From: Candidatus Marinacidobacterium sp.
Lineage (GTDB): Bacteria; Acidobacteriota; Vicinamibacteria; Marinacidobacterales; Marinacidobacteraceae
Assembly (NCBI GenBank): GCA_965220965.1
Contig: OZ244852.1
Coordinates: forward strand, 2,336,001 to 2,400,000
Length of the DNA stretch: 64,000 bases
Direction of reading: 5' to 3'
Positions 8,986 to 18,139 of this stretch are shown here, one piece after another. Below the pieces are notes generated by a model. The model saw only the letters and a program-made list of their open reading frames with translations, ran no database searches and was not told the origin of the DNA. Every line of letters begins with the position of its first letter. Position 1 is the first letter of the stretch. Made by a program: the position numbers and the translations under genes.

Positions 8986-10153
8986 AGGCGGCGGCGAGCG
9001 CCCGCGAGAAGTCGGCGACCAGGTCCTCCGCCGACTCAACTCCGGTCGAAAAGCGCATGAGTCCCTCGCCGATCCCCTGCCCGGCGCGCTCCTCGGCGGA
9101 GAGACCGCTGTGGATCGCCGCCGCCGGCCGCACGATGAGCGACTCCACGCCGCCGAGGCTCGCCGCGACGACCGGGAGTTCGAGCGCCGCGGCGAACCGC
9201 TCCGCCGGCTCGGCGCCGCCCTTCATCACGAAGGCGATCATCCCGCCGAAGCCGCCGTCGAGGAGGCGGGCGGCGCGGTCGTGCTGCGGGTGGGAGGCGA
9301 GTCCCGGGTAATGGACGCGCTCCACTTCGGCGCGGGACTCGAGGAACCGCGCGAGCGCGAGCGCGTTCGCCGACTGGCGCCGCACCCGCAGGCCGATCGT
9401 CTTGAGGCCGCGCTCGAGCAGAACGCAGGCGTGCGGATCGAGCGAACCCCCGAGGTGATCGAGCATCAGCTTGATGCGCCGCACCCGCTCGGCGCTTCCT
9501 GAGATCGAGCCGGCGACGAGGTCGTTGTGCCCGTTCATGTACTTGGTGGCGCTCTCCATTACGAGGTCGAAGCCGCGTTCGGCGGGCCGGAAGAGCACCG
9601 GGCTCGCGAAGGTGTTGTCGATGAACGAGACGAGGCCGTGTCGCCGCGCGAAGGCCGGGACCGCTTCGAGGTCAGCCATCTGGACGAGCGGGTTCGTGAG
9701 CGTCTCGACGTAGATCATCCGCGTCTTCGGCGTGAGGGCGGCTGCCCAGGAGTCCGGATCCTGCGGGTCGATCCGGGTGTGGGTGATCCCGAACCGGGGC
9801 AGGTCATGCGCGAGGAAGTTGGCGGTTCCCCCGTAGACGACATCCTGGACGAGCAGGTGGTCGCCGGCGCTCAGGAAGGTGAGGATGGCCCCCGAGATGG
9901 CGGCCATCCCGCTGCCGGTGACGAGCGAGGCCTCGGCGCCCTCGAGCGAGGCGATCCGTTCGTGGAGGACGACGTGGTTCGGGCTGTTCGACAGCCGGAG
10001 GTATCCGACATCGTGGTACTCCTCGCCGTGGTACTCGAAGTTTGCCGTGGCGAAGACCGGCGTCGAGACCGCGCCGAGCGGCCGCGGCTTGAGCGCGCCC
10101 TGGTGGACGGCGCGGGTGTCAAGGGAGGATGGGTTCGAATCGGATGGGGGCAT
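8978..10153 (-). CDS. Cys/Met metabolism PLP enzyme (cystathionine/methionine gamma-lyase family)
   Basis: SGMAAI, ETLTNP, DNTFASP, SATKYMNGH (PLP lysine), SLGGVESL. Confidence 0.92.
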   Translation of the reverse strand: MPPSDSNPSSLDTRAVHQGALKPRPLGAVSTPVFATANFEYHGEEYHDVGYLRLSNSPNHVVLHERIASLEGAEASLVTGSGMAAISGAILTFLSAGDHLLVQDVVYGGTANFLAHDLPRFGITHTRIDPQDPDSWAAALTPKTRMIYVETLTNPLVQMADLEAVPAFARRHGLVSFIDNTFASPVLFRPAERGFDLVMESATKYMNGHNDLVAGSISGSAERVRRIKLMLDHLGGSLDPHACVLLERGLKTIGLRVRRQSANALALARFLESRAEVERVHYPGLASHPQHDRAARLLDGGFGGMIAFVMKGGAEPAERFAAALELPVVAASLGGVESLIVRPAAAIHSGLSAEERAGQGIGEGLMRFSTGVESAEDLVADFSRALAAASG

Positions 10154-10164
10154 GCGGTGGCCTG

Positions 10165-10578
10165 TCAGTCAGGAGAGTTCGGCCGGGTTTCGTTTGCTTC
10201 GGGAACCGGAGCCTCGTAGGCGGCCGCCATCCTCGGATTCTCGACGAGCTCTACCCGGACGACGCCCCGGAACGACGGCGGCAGGCCGCGAGCGATGCTC
10301 CGGTGGATGTGGCGGGCGAGGAACTCGGTCGTGGTGTTCTCGCCGGGGAAGATCCCGTCGAGGTCGGCGAAGCGGAGCGGCGCGAGGACCTCGCCGAGCG
10401 CGCGCTCCGCCCAGTTCAGGTCGAGAAGCACGTTGTTCTCGTCGAGCGACGGGCCCCGGATTTCCACGATGACCTCGTACGTGGCCCCGTGATGGCCCTC
10501 GGCGGGACCGAACAGCGAGCCCCGCAGCGTGTGCGCGCACATGAAGTGGTCCCGGATCCGGATGCTGTAGTGGGCCAC
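10165..10578 (-). CDS. 6-pyruvoyl/6-carboxy-tetrahydropterin synthase (QueD-like) family protein
   Basis: HFMCAH, HGATY, NTTTEFLA and C-terminal E..A.Y T-fold motifs. Confidence 0.8.
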   Translation of the reverse strand: MAHYSIRIRDHFMCAHTLRGSLFGPAEGHHGATYEVIVEIRGPSLDENNVLLDLNWAERALGEVLAPLRFADLDGIFPGENTTTEFLARHIHRSIARGLPPSFRGVVRVELVENPRMAAAYEAPVPEANETRPNSPD

Positions 10579-10647
10579 GGCGGAGCCGGAGAATAACCGG
10601 GCGTGCGGCGCCCCGGACGCCGGGAACGCCCGCGTAGACTCCGCCCC

Positions 10648-11463
10648 ATGACGGAACGCTCCTGGGACCCCGAAGCGATCGCCGATGAGGTCGAGGCCGC
10701 CCGGCGCGCGGGCGGCCGGCTTGTCCCGTTCACCGACCGGTTTCCTGACTTCGACCTCGAGGCCGCCTACCAGGTCTCGGGGATCCTCGCCTGCCGCCGG
10801 GCGGCGACCTCACGGCTCGTGGGCCGCAAGATCGGGTTCACGAACAAGGCGACCTGGGAAGGGGCCGGACTCGCCCAGCCGGTCTGGGCGACGCTCTTCG
10901 CGGACACGGTGTTCCGGACCGGAGTGGACGCCTTCCCGGATGTCTCGATGGCCGGGACGGTGGAACCGAAGATCGAGTGCGAGGTCGTACTCACGCTCCG
11001 GTCGACGCCCGCTCCCGGCGCCCGCGGAGCGGAGGCCGCCCGCTCCGTCGCGGAGGTCGGCCTCGGCTTCGAGGTCGCGGACGCCCCCTTCCCGGGCTGG
11101 AAGATGCATCCCGCCGACGCGGTGGCGACCGGCGGCATCCACCACGCCCTCGCCGTGGGGCCGATGGTCCCGGCGGGGGACCCGGAACGGTTGTCGGAGA
11201 CCCTCGCCGCGCTCACCATCGTGATGACCTGCAACTTCGACCACGCGGCCGACGGCGCCGGACGGCTGGTCATGGGGAACCCGCTCGATGCGCTCGGAGC
11301 GCTGGCCGACATGGCGGCAGCCCGGGGGGCCCCGCTCCAGCCTGGGGAGATCGTCACCACCGGGACGCTCACGCCGCCGCTCGACTGCGCCGCCACCGAG
11401 TTCTACCGGAGCGAAGCAGCGGACGAGGTCCTCCCGGCCGCGGGCATCTCGCTCGTCGCCTAG
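10648..11463 (+). CDS. FAA-hydrolase family 2-keto-4-pentenoate hydratase-like protein
   Basis: GRKIGFTN, KIECEV, GNPL, GEIVTTGT; ATG 10648 lies 7 nt after TAGACT. Confidence 0.85.
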   Translation: MTERSWDPEAIADEVEAARRAGGRLVPFTDRFPDFDLEAAYQVSGILACRRAATSRLVGRKIGFTNKATWEGAGLAQPVWATLFADTVFRTGVDAFPDVSMAGTVEPKIECEVVLTLRSTPAPGARGAEAARSVAEVGLGFEVADAPFPGWKMHPADAVATGGIHHALAVGPMVPAGDPERLSETLAALTIVMTCNFDHAADGAGRLVMGNPLDALGALADMAAARGAPLQPGEIVTTGTLTPPLDCAATEFYRSEAADEVLPAAGISLVA

Positions 11464-11645
11464 CAGCCCGTTGACAAGGTCCCGCGGCGTTCGAGCGGCG
11501 ATGCATCCCGCCCGAACCGCGCCCCTTCGGGGCGCTCGTCGTTGCGTTTCGGTCGGAATATTCCCGATATTCCTCCCTCACGCGCCTTGTCGGCCGGGCG
11601 CCTCACCGCTCTCGGCGCTGCACGCGACCTTATCAACGGACTGCT
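11462..11645. mobile_element. MITE / non-autonomous inverted-repeat element (~185 bp)
   Basis: 20-bp terminal inverted repeats AGCAGCCCGTTGACAAGGTC / GACCTTATCAACGGACTGCT (2 mismatches), nested internal hairpins, no transposase, between convergent genes. Confidence 0.75.
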
Positions 11646-11675
11646 CGCCGCCACCCCCGGGGGAGGTGGGCCCGC

Positions 11676-12425
11676 TCACCGGCTGCGGGGTGGGGGGTTC
11701 TTCGACGGTGGACGGCTCGGCCGCAGTTCGATCCGGCTGGCGAGCGCCTGACCGCGGGTCGAGAAGACCGCAAGGACGGCCTCCGCAACATCCTCCGCGG
11801 AGAGCTTCCAGTCCTCTCCATCGCCGGGGGTGCGGCCCGCGAAGCCGGTCGCCACGCTCCCCGGCATGACCGTGGAGACGCGGACGCCGCGGTCGCGCAG
11901 GTCCAGCATGAGCGCTTCGGTCATCCCCAGCAGCCCGAACTTGGACGCGTTGTAGGCGGCTCCACCGCGGAACGGATGGCGGCCGGCGAGGCTGCCGATG
12001 TTCACGATGGTCCCGCCCGCGGCCTCGAGAAGCGGCAGGCAGGCGTGGATCACCGCGAAGGCGCCGATCAGGTTCGCCTCCACGACGGTGCGGAACTCGG
12101 CAAGCGTGAGTTCCGGGGCGGGCCGGTAGATCCCGATCCCGGCGTTGTTCACCAGCAGATCGAGCCCGCCCGCCCGCTCCCCGACGAAATCGGCGAGCGC
12201 GGCGACGGATTGCTCGTCCCGGACATCGCAGCCGGTTCCGAACGCCCGCCCGGGGCCGGAGGCGGTCATTTCCGCCGCCAGGTCTTCGGCGTCCGTCCGC
12301 CGCGTCCCGGTCAGGAAGACACTTGCCCCCCGCGCCACCAGCGCGGCGGCCACCGCCCGCCCGATCCCCCGGGTCCCGCCGGTGACGAGAGCGACCTTGC
12401 CATCAAGGGTCTGGCGCCGGGTCAC
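11676..12425 (-). CDS. Short-chain dehydrogenase/reductase
   Basis: TGGTRGIG, NNAG, YNASK. Confidence 0.93.
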   Translation of the reverse strand: MTRRQTLDGKVALVTGGTRGIGRAVAAALVARGASVFLTGTRRTDAEDLAAEMTASGPGRAFGTGCDVRDEQSVAALADFVGERAGGLDLLVNNAGIGIYRPAPELTLAEFRTVVEANLIGAFAVIHACLPLLEAAGGTIVNIGSLAGRHPFRGGAAYNASKFGLLGMTEALMLDLRDRGVRVSTVMPGSVATGFAGRTPGDGEDWKLSAEDVAEAVLAVFSTRGQALASRIELRPSRPPSKNPPPRSR

Positions 12426-12505
12426 GAGCCGCCATCGTAACGACGAAGGGGAAGGGCCAGTAACAGGTCATCTTGACCGAATCCGCTAAAGTGCGGCTTT
12501 CCGAG

Positions 12506-13651
12506 ATGCGCGCCGAGGTCAGGGCCTACCCGGAGGCGGTTCGAGCGAACCTCGTCCACCTCCGGAAGGACCGCGGCCTCTCCCAGGCGGCGCTGGCCGA
12601 GCGCGCCGGACTGGCGCGTAGCGCCATCGGCCGGATCGAGCGGGGACAGGCCGGGCCGCGCGGCCGCACGCTCTCGTCGCTGGCGACGGCTCTCGGCGTT
12701 CCGGTGACCGATCTCCTGCGTCAAAGACGCACGCTTCACGCGGTGCGTTTCCGCTCCCGCAAGCGACTCCCCGGCCGCGCCGCCATCCTGGACGCGGTCG
12801 CCACGTGGCTCGACGACTACCTGGAGCTCGAACCGGATCCGCCGCCATGCTCGTTGCTGGAGGCCCTTGCCGGCCTCGCCCTGGACGAGCCCGAACAGGC
12901 CGCGGCGGCCGCCCGGAGGGAGATGGGTCTGGACGACCGCTCCCCGATACGCGACATCTGCGGCCTGTTCGAGACGCAGGGCCTCAAGGTCCTCGTGCTC
13001 CGGCGACAGAGCGACGCGTTCTTCGGGCTCTCGGTCGGCGAGGCGGACGGGGGACCAGCAGTGGTCGTGAACGCCTGGGAGCGAATTGCGGTCGAGCGCT
13101 GGATCTTCAGCGCGGCGCACGAGTTGGGCCACCTCCTGCTTCATCCGGCGGATTTCGACGGAGACCAGGACGCCGAATCGGGCCAGACCGAACGCGAGGC
13201 CGACGCCTTCGCCGCGGCGTTTCTCATGCCGGAGCCGGCGTTCGCCGCAGCCTGGGACCGCACCCGCGGGCATGACCTCATCACCAGGGTCCTCAAGGTG
13301 AAGCGCCTCTTCCGAGTGAGCTACCGGACGGTCCTCCACCGCCTGGTGTCGACGGAGCGAGCTTCGGGGGACATCTGGCCGAGGTTCCAGTCGATCTACC
13401 GGGCCCGTACCGGCGGAACCCTCCGGAAGGCGGACGAACCGGAGCCTCTCCACCGGTCGGAATTCGCCTGGAGCTGGAGCCGCTCGGGGGAACCCGGCGG
13501 CCTCGAGCCTTACGACTTCGTGGAGGACCGGCTGGCGGGGCTCGTGCGGTCCGCCGTCGAAGACGGAAGAATCACTCTCTCCCGCGCCGCCGCGATGCTG
13601 AACCTTGACCTGACCGAGATGCGAGACCGGGCCCGGGCCTGGACCACCTGA
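12506..13651 (+). CDS. XRE-family HTH fused to ImmA/IrrE zinc metallopeptidase
   Basis: GLSQAALAERAGLARSAIGRIERG HTH; FSAAHELGH HExxH; EADAFAAAFLMP. Start could be 12473, 12491 or 12506. Confidence 0.92.
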   Translation: MRAEVRAYPEAVRANLVHLRKDRGLSQAALAERAGLARSAIGRIERGQAGPRGRTLSSLATALGVPVTDLLRQRRTLHAVRFRSRKRLPGRAAILDAVATWLDDYLELEPDPPPCSLLEALAGLALDEPEQAAAAARREMGLDDRSPIRDICGLFETQGLKVLVLRRQSDAFFGLSVGEADGGPAVVVNAWERIAVERWIFSAAHELGHLLLHPADFDGDQDAESGQTEREADAFAAAFLMPEPAFAAAWDRTRGHDLITRVLKVKRLFRVSYRTVLHRLVSTERASGDIWPRFQSIYRARTGGTLRKADEPEPLHRSEFAWSWSRSGEPGGLEPYDFVEDRLAGLVRSAVEDGRITLSRAAAMLNLDLTEMRDRARAWTT

Positions 13652-13664
13652 CCCGGTAACCCCC

Positions 13665-14168
13665 GTGGCCGGCCTCGTGCTGGACGCGAATGTCCTGATC
13701 GACTACGAGGAGGCCGACCGGGAGATCCTCCGGCGCGCCAGCGCGCACTGGGGCCGCCTCGTCGTTACGGAAGCGGTCCTTCGCGAGGTTCGCCGACTCG
13801 ACCAGGGAGCGTGCGTCGAACTGGGGATCGAAGTCCTGACGCTGACCGACGAACAGGCGATTCGCGCGGCCCGCATGGCCGGTCAGGCTCGAGCGATATC
13901 GGACTCCGATGCGACATGCCTTCTCGCCGCTCTGGACCTGGGCCTTACGTGCGTGACGAACGACAAGCCGCTGCGCGTCCAGTGCGAGGAACACGGCGCG
14001 CCCGTCCTGTGGGGTCTGGAACTGGCGCTCAAGCTGGTCCGCGCCGGCGAGATCCGGGGAGTTCGCGCGGAGGAGGCGGGGCGGCGCATCCACCAGTCCA
14101 ATCCGCACATCACCGAGGAACTGCTGCTGCGCTACCTGAATCGTCTCCGGAACCTGGGCCCCGGTTGA
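13665..14168 (+). CDS. PIN-domain protein (DUF3368-like)
   Basis: VLDANVLID, EAVLREV, SDSD and VTND acidic PIN pattern; 13 nt downstream of the XRE-IrrE gene. Confidence 0.75.
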   Translation: MAGLVLDANVLIDYEEADREILRRASAHWGRLVVTEAVLREVRRLDQGACVELGIEVLTLTDEQAIRAARMAGQARAISDSDATCLLAALDLGLTCVTNDKPLRVQCEEHGAPVLWGLELALKLVRAGEIRGVRAEEAGRRIHQSNPHITEELLLRYLNRLRNLGPG

Positions 14169-14181
14169 GCGCGCCGACCCA

Positions 14182-17100
14182 TCACCGACGCGGCGGAGTC
14201 GTCCCCCGCGTCCGGATCGGGTCCGCCGGGCGGGGCGGGAGCGGGCGGGGATCCTCCTCCATCCGCCGCAGGACCTCCTCGATGGCCCGGTCGAGCTGGG
14301 GGTCGCCTCCTTCGATGACCGACTTCGGGTCGTTGTCGACCTCGATGTCGGGGTCCACGCCGTAGCCCTCGATGACCCACTCGCCCTCGGCGGAGGCGAA
14401 GCCGAACTCGGGGACGTTCACCGTGCCGCCATCGAGCAGCGTTCCCCGGTTCGTGATCCCGATGACCCCTCCCCAGCTCCGCTTGCCGATCAGCGGGCCG
14501 AGGCCCGCCTGCCGGAACATCGCCGGGAAGATGTCCCCGTCGGAGCCCGAGTTTTCGTCCAGCAGGCAGACGAGGTGCGGCGGGGGGACGACCCCGGGAT
14601 AGGTGCTCGCCGCCTCGCTGGTCCGCGAGTAGCCGAGCGCCAGCACCTCGCGCCGGAAGCGCTCGATGAGCATCTGGGAGATGTTCCCGCCGCCGTTCCC
14701 GCGAACGTCCACGATCATGCCCTCGCGGCGGACCTGGCTGTAGTACCACTTGATGAACTCGCGGATCCCGTTCGCGCCCATGTCCGGGATGTGGAGGTAG
14801 CCGACCCGGCCGCCGGTGGCTTCCTCGACCCGGCGGCGGCGCTCCTCGATCTGGTTCAGGTAGATCAGCGGGTCCTCGTCGCCGACCGGCTGGAAGCGCG
14901 CGCGGCGCGCGCCCTCGAGGGTTGGCTCGGCGTTGACGGTGAACTCGATCGGGCGGTCCGCCTTGTGGAGGAGCTGCCGGTAGGGGCTCTCGTCCCGCTG
15001 CAGCGGGACGCCGTCGATCGCGAGCAGGAAGTCGCCTTCCGAGACGTTCACGCCGACCTCGGTCAGCGGGGCGCGGTAGCGGGACTCCTCGTTGTGGCCC
15101 CGGAAGATCCGGGTGATCCGGTAGGCCCCGGCGTCGTCGTCCCAGCGGAACCGGGCGCCCGGGAACGCGGCGCCGGGCCGGTCGGGGACCTCGAAGTCCC
15201 CCCCGGCGATGTAGGCGTGGGAGACGTTCAGCTCACCGATCATCTCGCTGATCAGGTAGTTCAGGTCGGACCGGTGCTCGACGTGCGGCAGAAGCGCCCG
15301 GTAGCGGACGCGGAGGTCGTCCCAGTCGTGGCCGTGGAGGTTCTCCACGTAGAAGAAATCCCGGAACCGCCGCCACACGGCGTCGAAGATCTGCGCCCAC
15401 TCGGCCTTCGGGTCGCGGTCCGTCTCGAGGCTGGCGGTGGAGACCGCCTTGCCCGAGCCCGAGGCGCCGGTCCCGATGGGGTAGAGCTGGAAGCCGCTCC
15501 CCTGCCGGACGAGAACCTGCTTCCCGTCCTGGCTGGTCGCGTAGCCGGAGATGCCGGTGGCGAGCGTTCCCTCTTCGCGCTCGTTCAGGTCGAAGACGCG
15601 GAGCTCGGGGGGACGCGCCGGTCCCCGGCCGTAGAAGAAGGCCGCGGTGCGGGCGTAGAGCAGGAAGCCGTCGACCGCGCTGAGCCCGGCGTAGTTGTCC
15701 TCGCCGACCGGGACGCGCATGACGCGGTCCTGGAGGCCGTCGAAGTCGATGACGAGCGCGTCCGCGTCGGAGTCCTCATCCGGCTCCGCTTCCCCGGCGG
15801 CGTCTTCGCCAGCGGGCGCCGGCTCCTCGTCGCTCTCGGGCGGAAACAGGTGCGGGACATCGGGACGGAGCGCCACCGCATAGAGGCCGCTTTCCCGGTC
15901 GAGCGCGTAGTTCCACTCGAACTCGGCGATCTGCGGCTGGAACATGCGGTCGCTCAGGTAGAACAGGTAGTTCCCGTCGGCGCCCCAGGCGGGCGAGAAC
16001 TCGTTGAAGTAGGGACCGGTGACGCGGCGGAACTCGCCGTCTCCGGCCGACCAGATCCAGATCGAGGAGAACCCGCCCTCATCCTGGAGGCTCATCGCCA
16101 GGTGGCCGCCGCGCGGCGACCAGACGTAGTCGTTCACCTGACCGTGTCGTTCGTCAGCGGCCTCGACGACCGTCCGGTCGGCCACCGTGACCACGAAGAC
16201 CCGACCTTCCTTGTCGCTGAACGCGATCTTCTCGCTGTCGGGCGACCAGACCGGGCGGTAGCGCATCGCGAAGCCGCGCTCGGTGAGCTGGACCGGCTCG
16301 CCGCCCTCCTGCGGGATCCAGTAGAGCTCCTCCTCCCCGGTGGCGTCCGAGAGATAGGCGATCTTCGTTCCGTCCGGCGACCAGGCCGGCCACTTTTCGT
16401 GCGCGTCGGGCGAGGGCTGGAGCGTCCGCGTCACGCCGTTCTCCACCGGAACCGAGAACAGCTCCCCGCGGGCGGCCACCACGACCCGCTTCCCGGTGGG
16501 CGAGAGGTCGTACTGCTCGATGTTCCGGGCGGCGGAAACCCGCGACGGACGGCTGTGGAGACCGTCGGTGGGCACGGTGATCGGGATCTCGCGGGGAGCA
16601 GCCTCCGAGCCGGTGTCCAGAAGGTGCAGGACGCCGGCCTGCTCGAAGACGATGCGGCCGTCGGGGGCGGCCCCCGGCCAGCGGACATCCCAGGTGTCGG
16701 AACCGGTCCTGGCGCGGGTCTCGCCGGTCGCCGGGTCGAACGCATAGAGGTTGTTCGTCCCGCTGCGGTCCGAGGTGAAGAAGATCGTGTCCCCGATCCA
16801 CATCGGGTCCCGGTCGGAGTGCGGGTCGTCGGTGACCCGGGTCAGCTCGCGGCTGGCCAGGTCGAAGATGTAGAGATCCTGCGCCCAGCCCCCGGCGTAG
16901 CGCTTCCAGGCGCGGAAGTCCCGGAAGAGCGGCGAGTAGAGGATCCGCCCGCCATCGGGCGACCACGCTCCGGCCCCGGCGCGCGGCATCGGGAGCGGGG
17001 TCGGGAGGCCGCCCTCCCGCGAAACCTGGAACAGACGGCCCTCGGCGACGCCGACGCCGTCACGCAGCGAACGGAAGAGGATGCGGGCGCCGTCGGGCGA

Positions 17101-17466
17101 CCAGTCGTAGACGATGTTGTCGTAGCCCCAGCGGGTGGGCAGCGGGCCGGTGGCCGGGTAGAAGGTGAGCTGCTTCGGCGCGCCGCCGCCCGCCGGGATG
17201 ACGTAGACCTGCTCGTCGCCGTCGTACTGGCCCGTGAAGGCGATTTCGCTCCCGTCGGGAGAGAACCGGGGAAACAGCTCGAGACCCGGGTGCGAGGTCA
17301 GCCGCACCGCGGTCCCGCCGGACGCGGAGGCGGTCCAGAGGTCGCCGGCGTAGGTGAAGACGACCCGGTCGCCGTGGAGATCGGGGAAGCGCAGCAGCCG
17401 GGTCTGCGACGCGGCGGAAGCCGCCGTCAGCAGCGCGGCGAGGAGGACGAGGAGGCGAAAGCGCAT
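14182..17466 (-). CDS. Tricorn-type S41 protease
   Basis: Signal peptide MRFRLLVLLAALL then TRLLRFP; PD40 repeats, ELNVSH, VRGNGGG, GSDGD, GKRSWGG. The ORF track extends it upstream artefactually. Confidence 0.95.
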   Translation of the reverse strand: MRFRLLVLLAALLTAASAASQTRLLRFPDLHGDRVVFTYAGDLWTASASGGTAVRLTSHPGLELFPRFSPDGSEIAFTGQYDGDEQVYVIPAGGGAPKQLTFYPATGPLPTRWGYDNIVYDWSPDGARILFRSLRDGVGVAEGRLFQVSREGGLPTPLPMPRAGAGAWSPDGGRILYSPLFRDFRAWKRYAGGWAQDLYIFDLASRELTRVTDDPHSDRDPMWIGDTIFFTSDRSGTNNLYAFDPATGETRARTGSDTWDVRWPGAAPDGRIVFEQAGVLHLLDTGSEAAPREIPITVPTDGLHSRPSRVSAARNIEQYDLSPTGKRVVVAARGELFSVPVENGVTRTLQPSPDAHEKWPAWSPDGTKIAYLSDATGEEELYWIPQEGGEPVQLTERGFAMRYRPVWSPDSEKIAFSDKEGRVFVVTVADRTVVEAADERHGQVNDYVWSPRGGHLAMSLQDEGGFSSIWIWSAGDGEFRRVTGPYFNEFSPAWGADGNYLFYLSDRMFQPQIAEFEWNYALDRESGLYAVALRPDVPHLFPPESDEEPAPAGEDAAGEAEPDEDSDADALVIDFDGLQDRVMRVPVGEDNYAGLSAVDGFLLYARTAAFFYGRGPARPPELRVFDLNEREEGTLATGISGYATSQDGKQVLVRQGSGFQLYPIGTGASGSGKAVSTASLETDRDPKAEWAQIFDAVWRRFRDFFYVENLHGHDWDDLRVRYRALLPHVEHRSDLNYLISEMIGELNVSHAYIAGGDFEVPDRPGAAFPGARFRWDDDAGAYRITRIFRGHNEESRYRAPLTEVGVNVSEGDFLLAIDGVPLQRDESPYRQLLHKADRPIEFTVNAEPTLEGARRARFQPVGDEDPLIYLNQIEERRRRVEEATGGRVGYLHIPDMGANGIREFIKWYYSQVRREGMIVDVRGNGGGNISQMLIERFRREVLALGYSRTSEAASTYPGVVPPPHLVCLLDENSGSDGDIFPAMFRQAGLGPLIGKRSWGGVIGITNRGTLLDGGTVNVPEFGFASAEGEWVIEGYGVDPDIEVDNDPKSVIEGGDPQLDRAIEEVLRRMEEDPRPLPPRPADPIRTRGTTPPRR

Positions 17467-17686
17467 TGGGGGATCCGAAGGAGACTGGAGAAGAAGGGAA
17501 GGAAGAAGGAAACGTGGGGGTCGCGGCGGTGTTCCGCGAAGGCGGGGCGCAGGCCGGAGGATACGGGCGGCCGAAGGTGAGTCGGGCGTAGGCTGCGCGA
17601 GCGCCCGTTGGTCCGATGGAATCCTCGCCGCTCGCGCAGTGGAGGGGCCGTGCTGATGAGGGGCGCGTGATCGACCCGGTCCCGTC

Positions 17687-17992
17687 ATGAACTCCAGGAT
17701 CCCCGTCCCCCACGACCGGATCGCGACGTTCTGCCGGGCCAACGGCATCCGGCGGTTCTCTCTGTTCGGGTCCGTCCTGCGAGAGGACTTCGGCGCTGAC
17801 AGCGATGTCGATGTCCTTGTGGAGTTCGCTCCCGGGGTGCGCTTCGGACTGCTGGGACTCGCCCGAATGGAGCGCGAGCTCGGTGACATTCTGGGGCGCA
17901 AGGCGGATCTTCACGCGCCCGGTTGGCTGAAGGAATGGATGCGGCGCGAGGTGCTGAACACGGCGGAGCTGATCCATGAATCGCCGGAATGA
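17687..17992 (+). CDS. Minimal nucleotidyltransferase (MntA-type antitoxin)
   Basis: LFGSVLREDFGADSDVDVLVEF and LGRKADL motifs; 101 aa. Confidence 0.9.
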   Translation: MNSRIPVPHDRIATFCRANGIRRFSLFGSVLREDFGADSDVDVLVEFAPGVRFGLLGLARMERELGDILGRKADLHAPGWLKEWMRREVLNTAELIHESPE

Positions 17993-18023
17993 CCGGGCGT
18001 CGCCAGTAACCGAGCTTCAGTGA
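17976..18023 (+). pseudogene. Possible N-terminal remnant of a HEPN/DUF86 toxin gene
   Basis: ATG overlaps the MNT end where the partner normally starts; reads MNRRNDRASPVTELQ then stop. Confidence 0.4.
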
Positions 18024-18139
18024 GCCGGGAGTCTCCGGCGAACGCCCGCATCCGGGCCGCTGCGGCGCGCTGGCATGGGCGTATGCTCGGGGAGCGCCCC
18101 GGCCGCGGTTGAGTCCGGGAGGACTGGAGGTCAGAGACG

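Noticed and set aside
14575-17580. Very long antisense or alternate-frame ORFs (e.g. 1001 aa here, 853 aa at 23895, 745-aa extension at 27420)
   Set aside because: Shadow ORFs expected at this GC content; no motifs, and they overlap well-supported genes.
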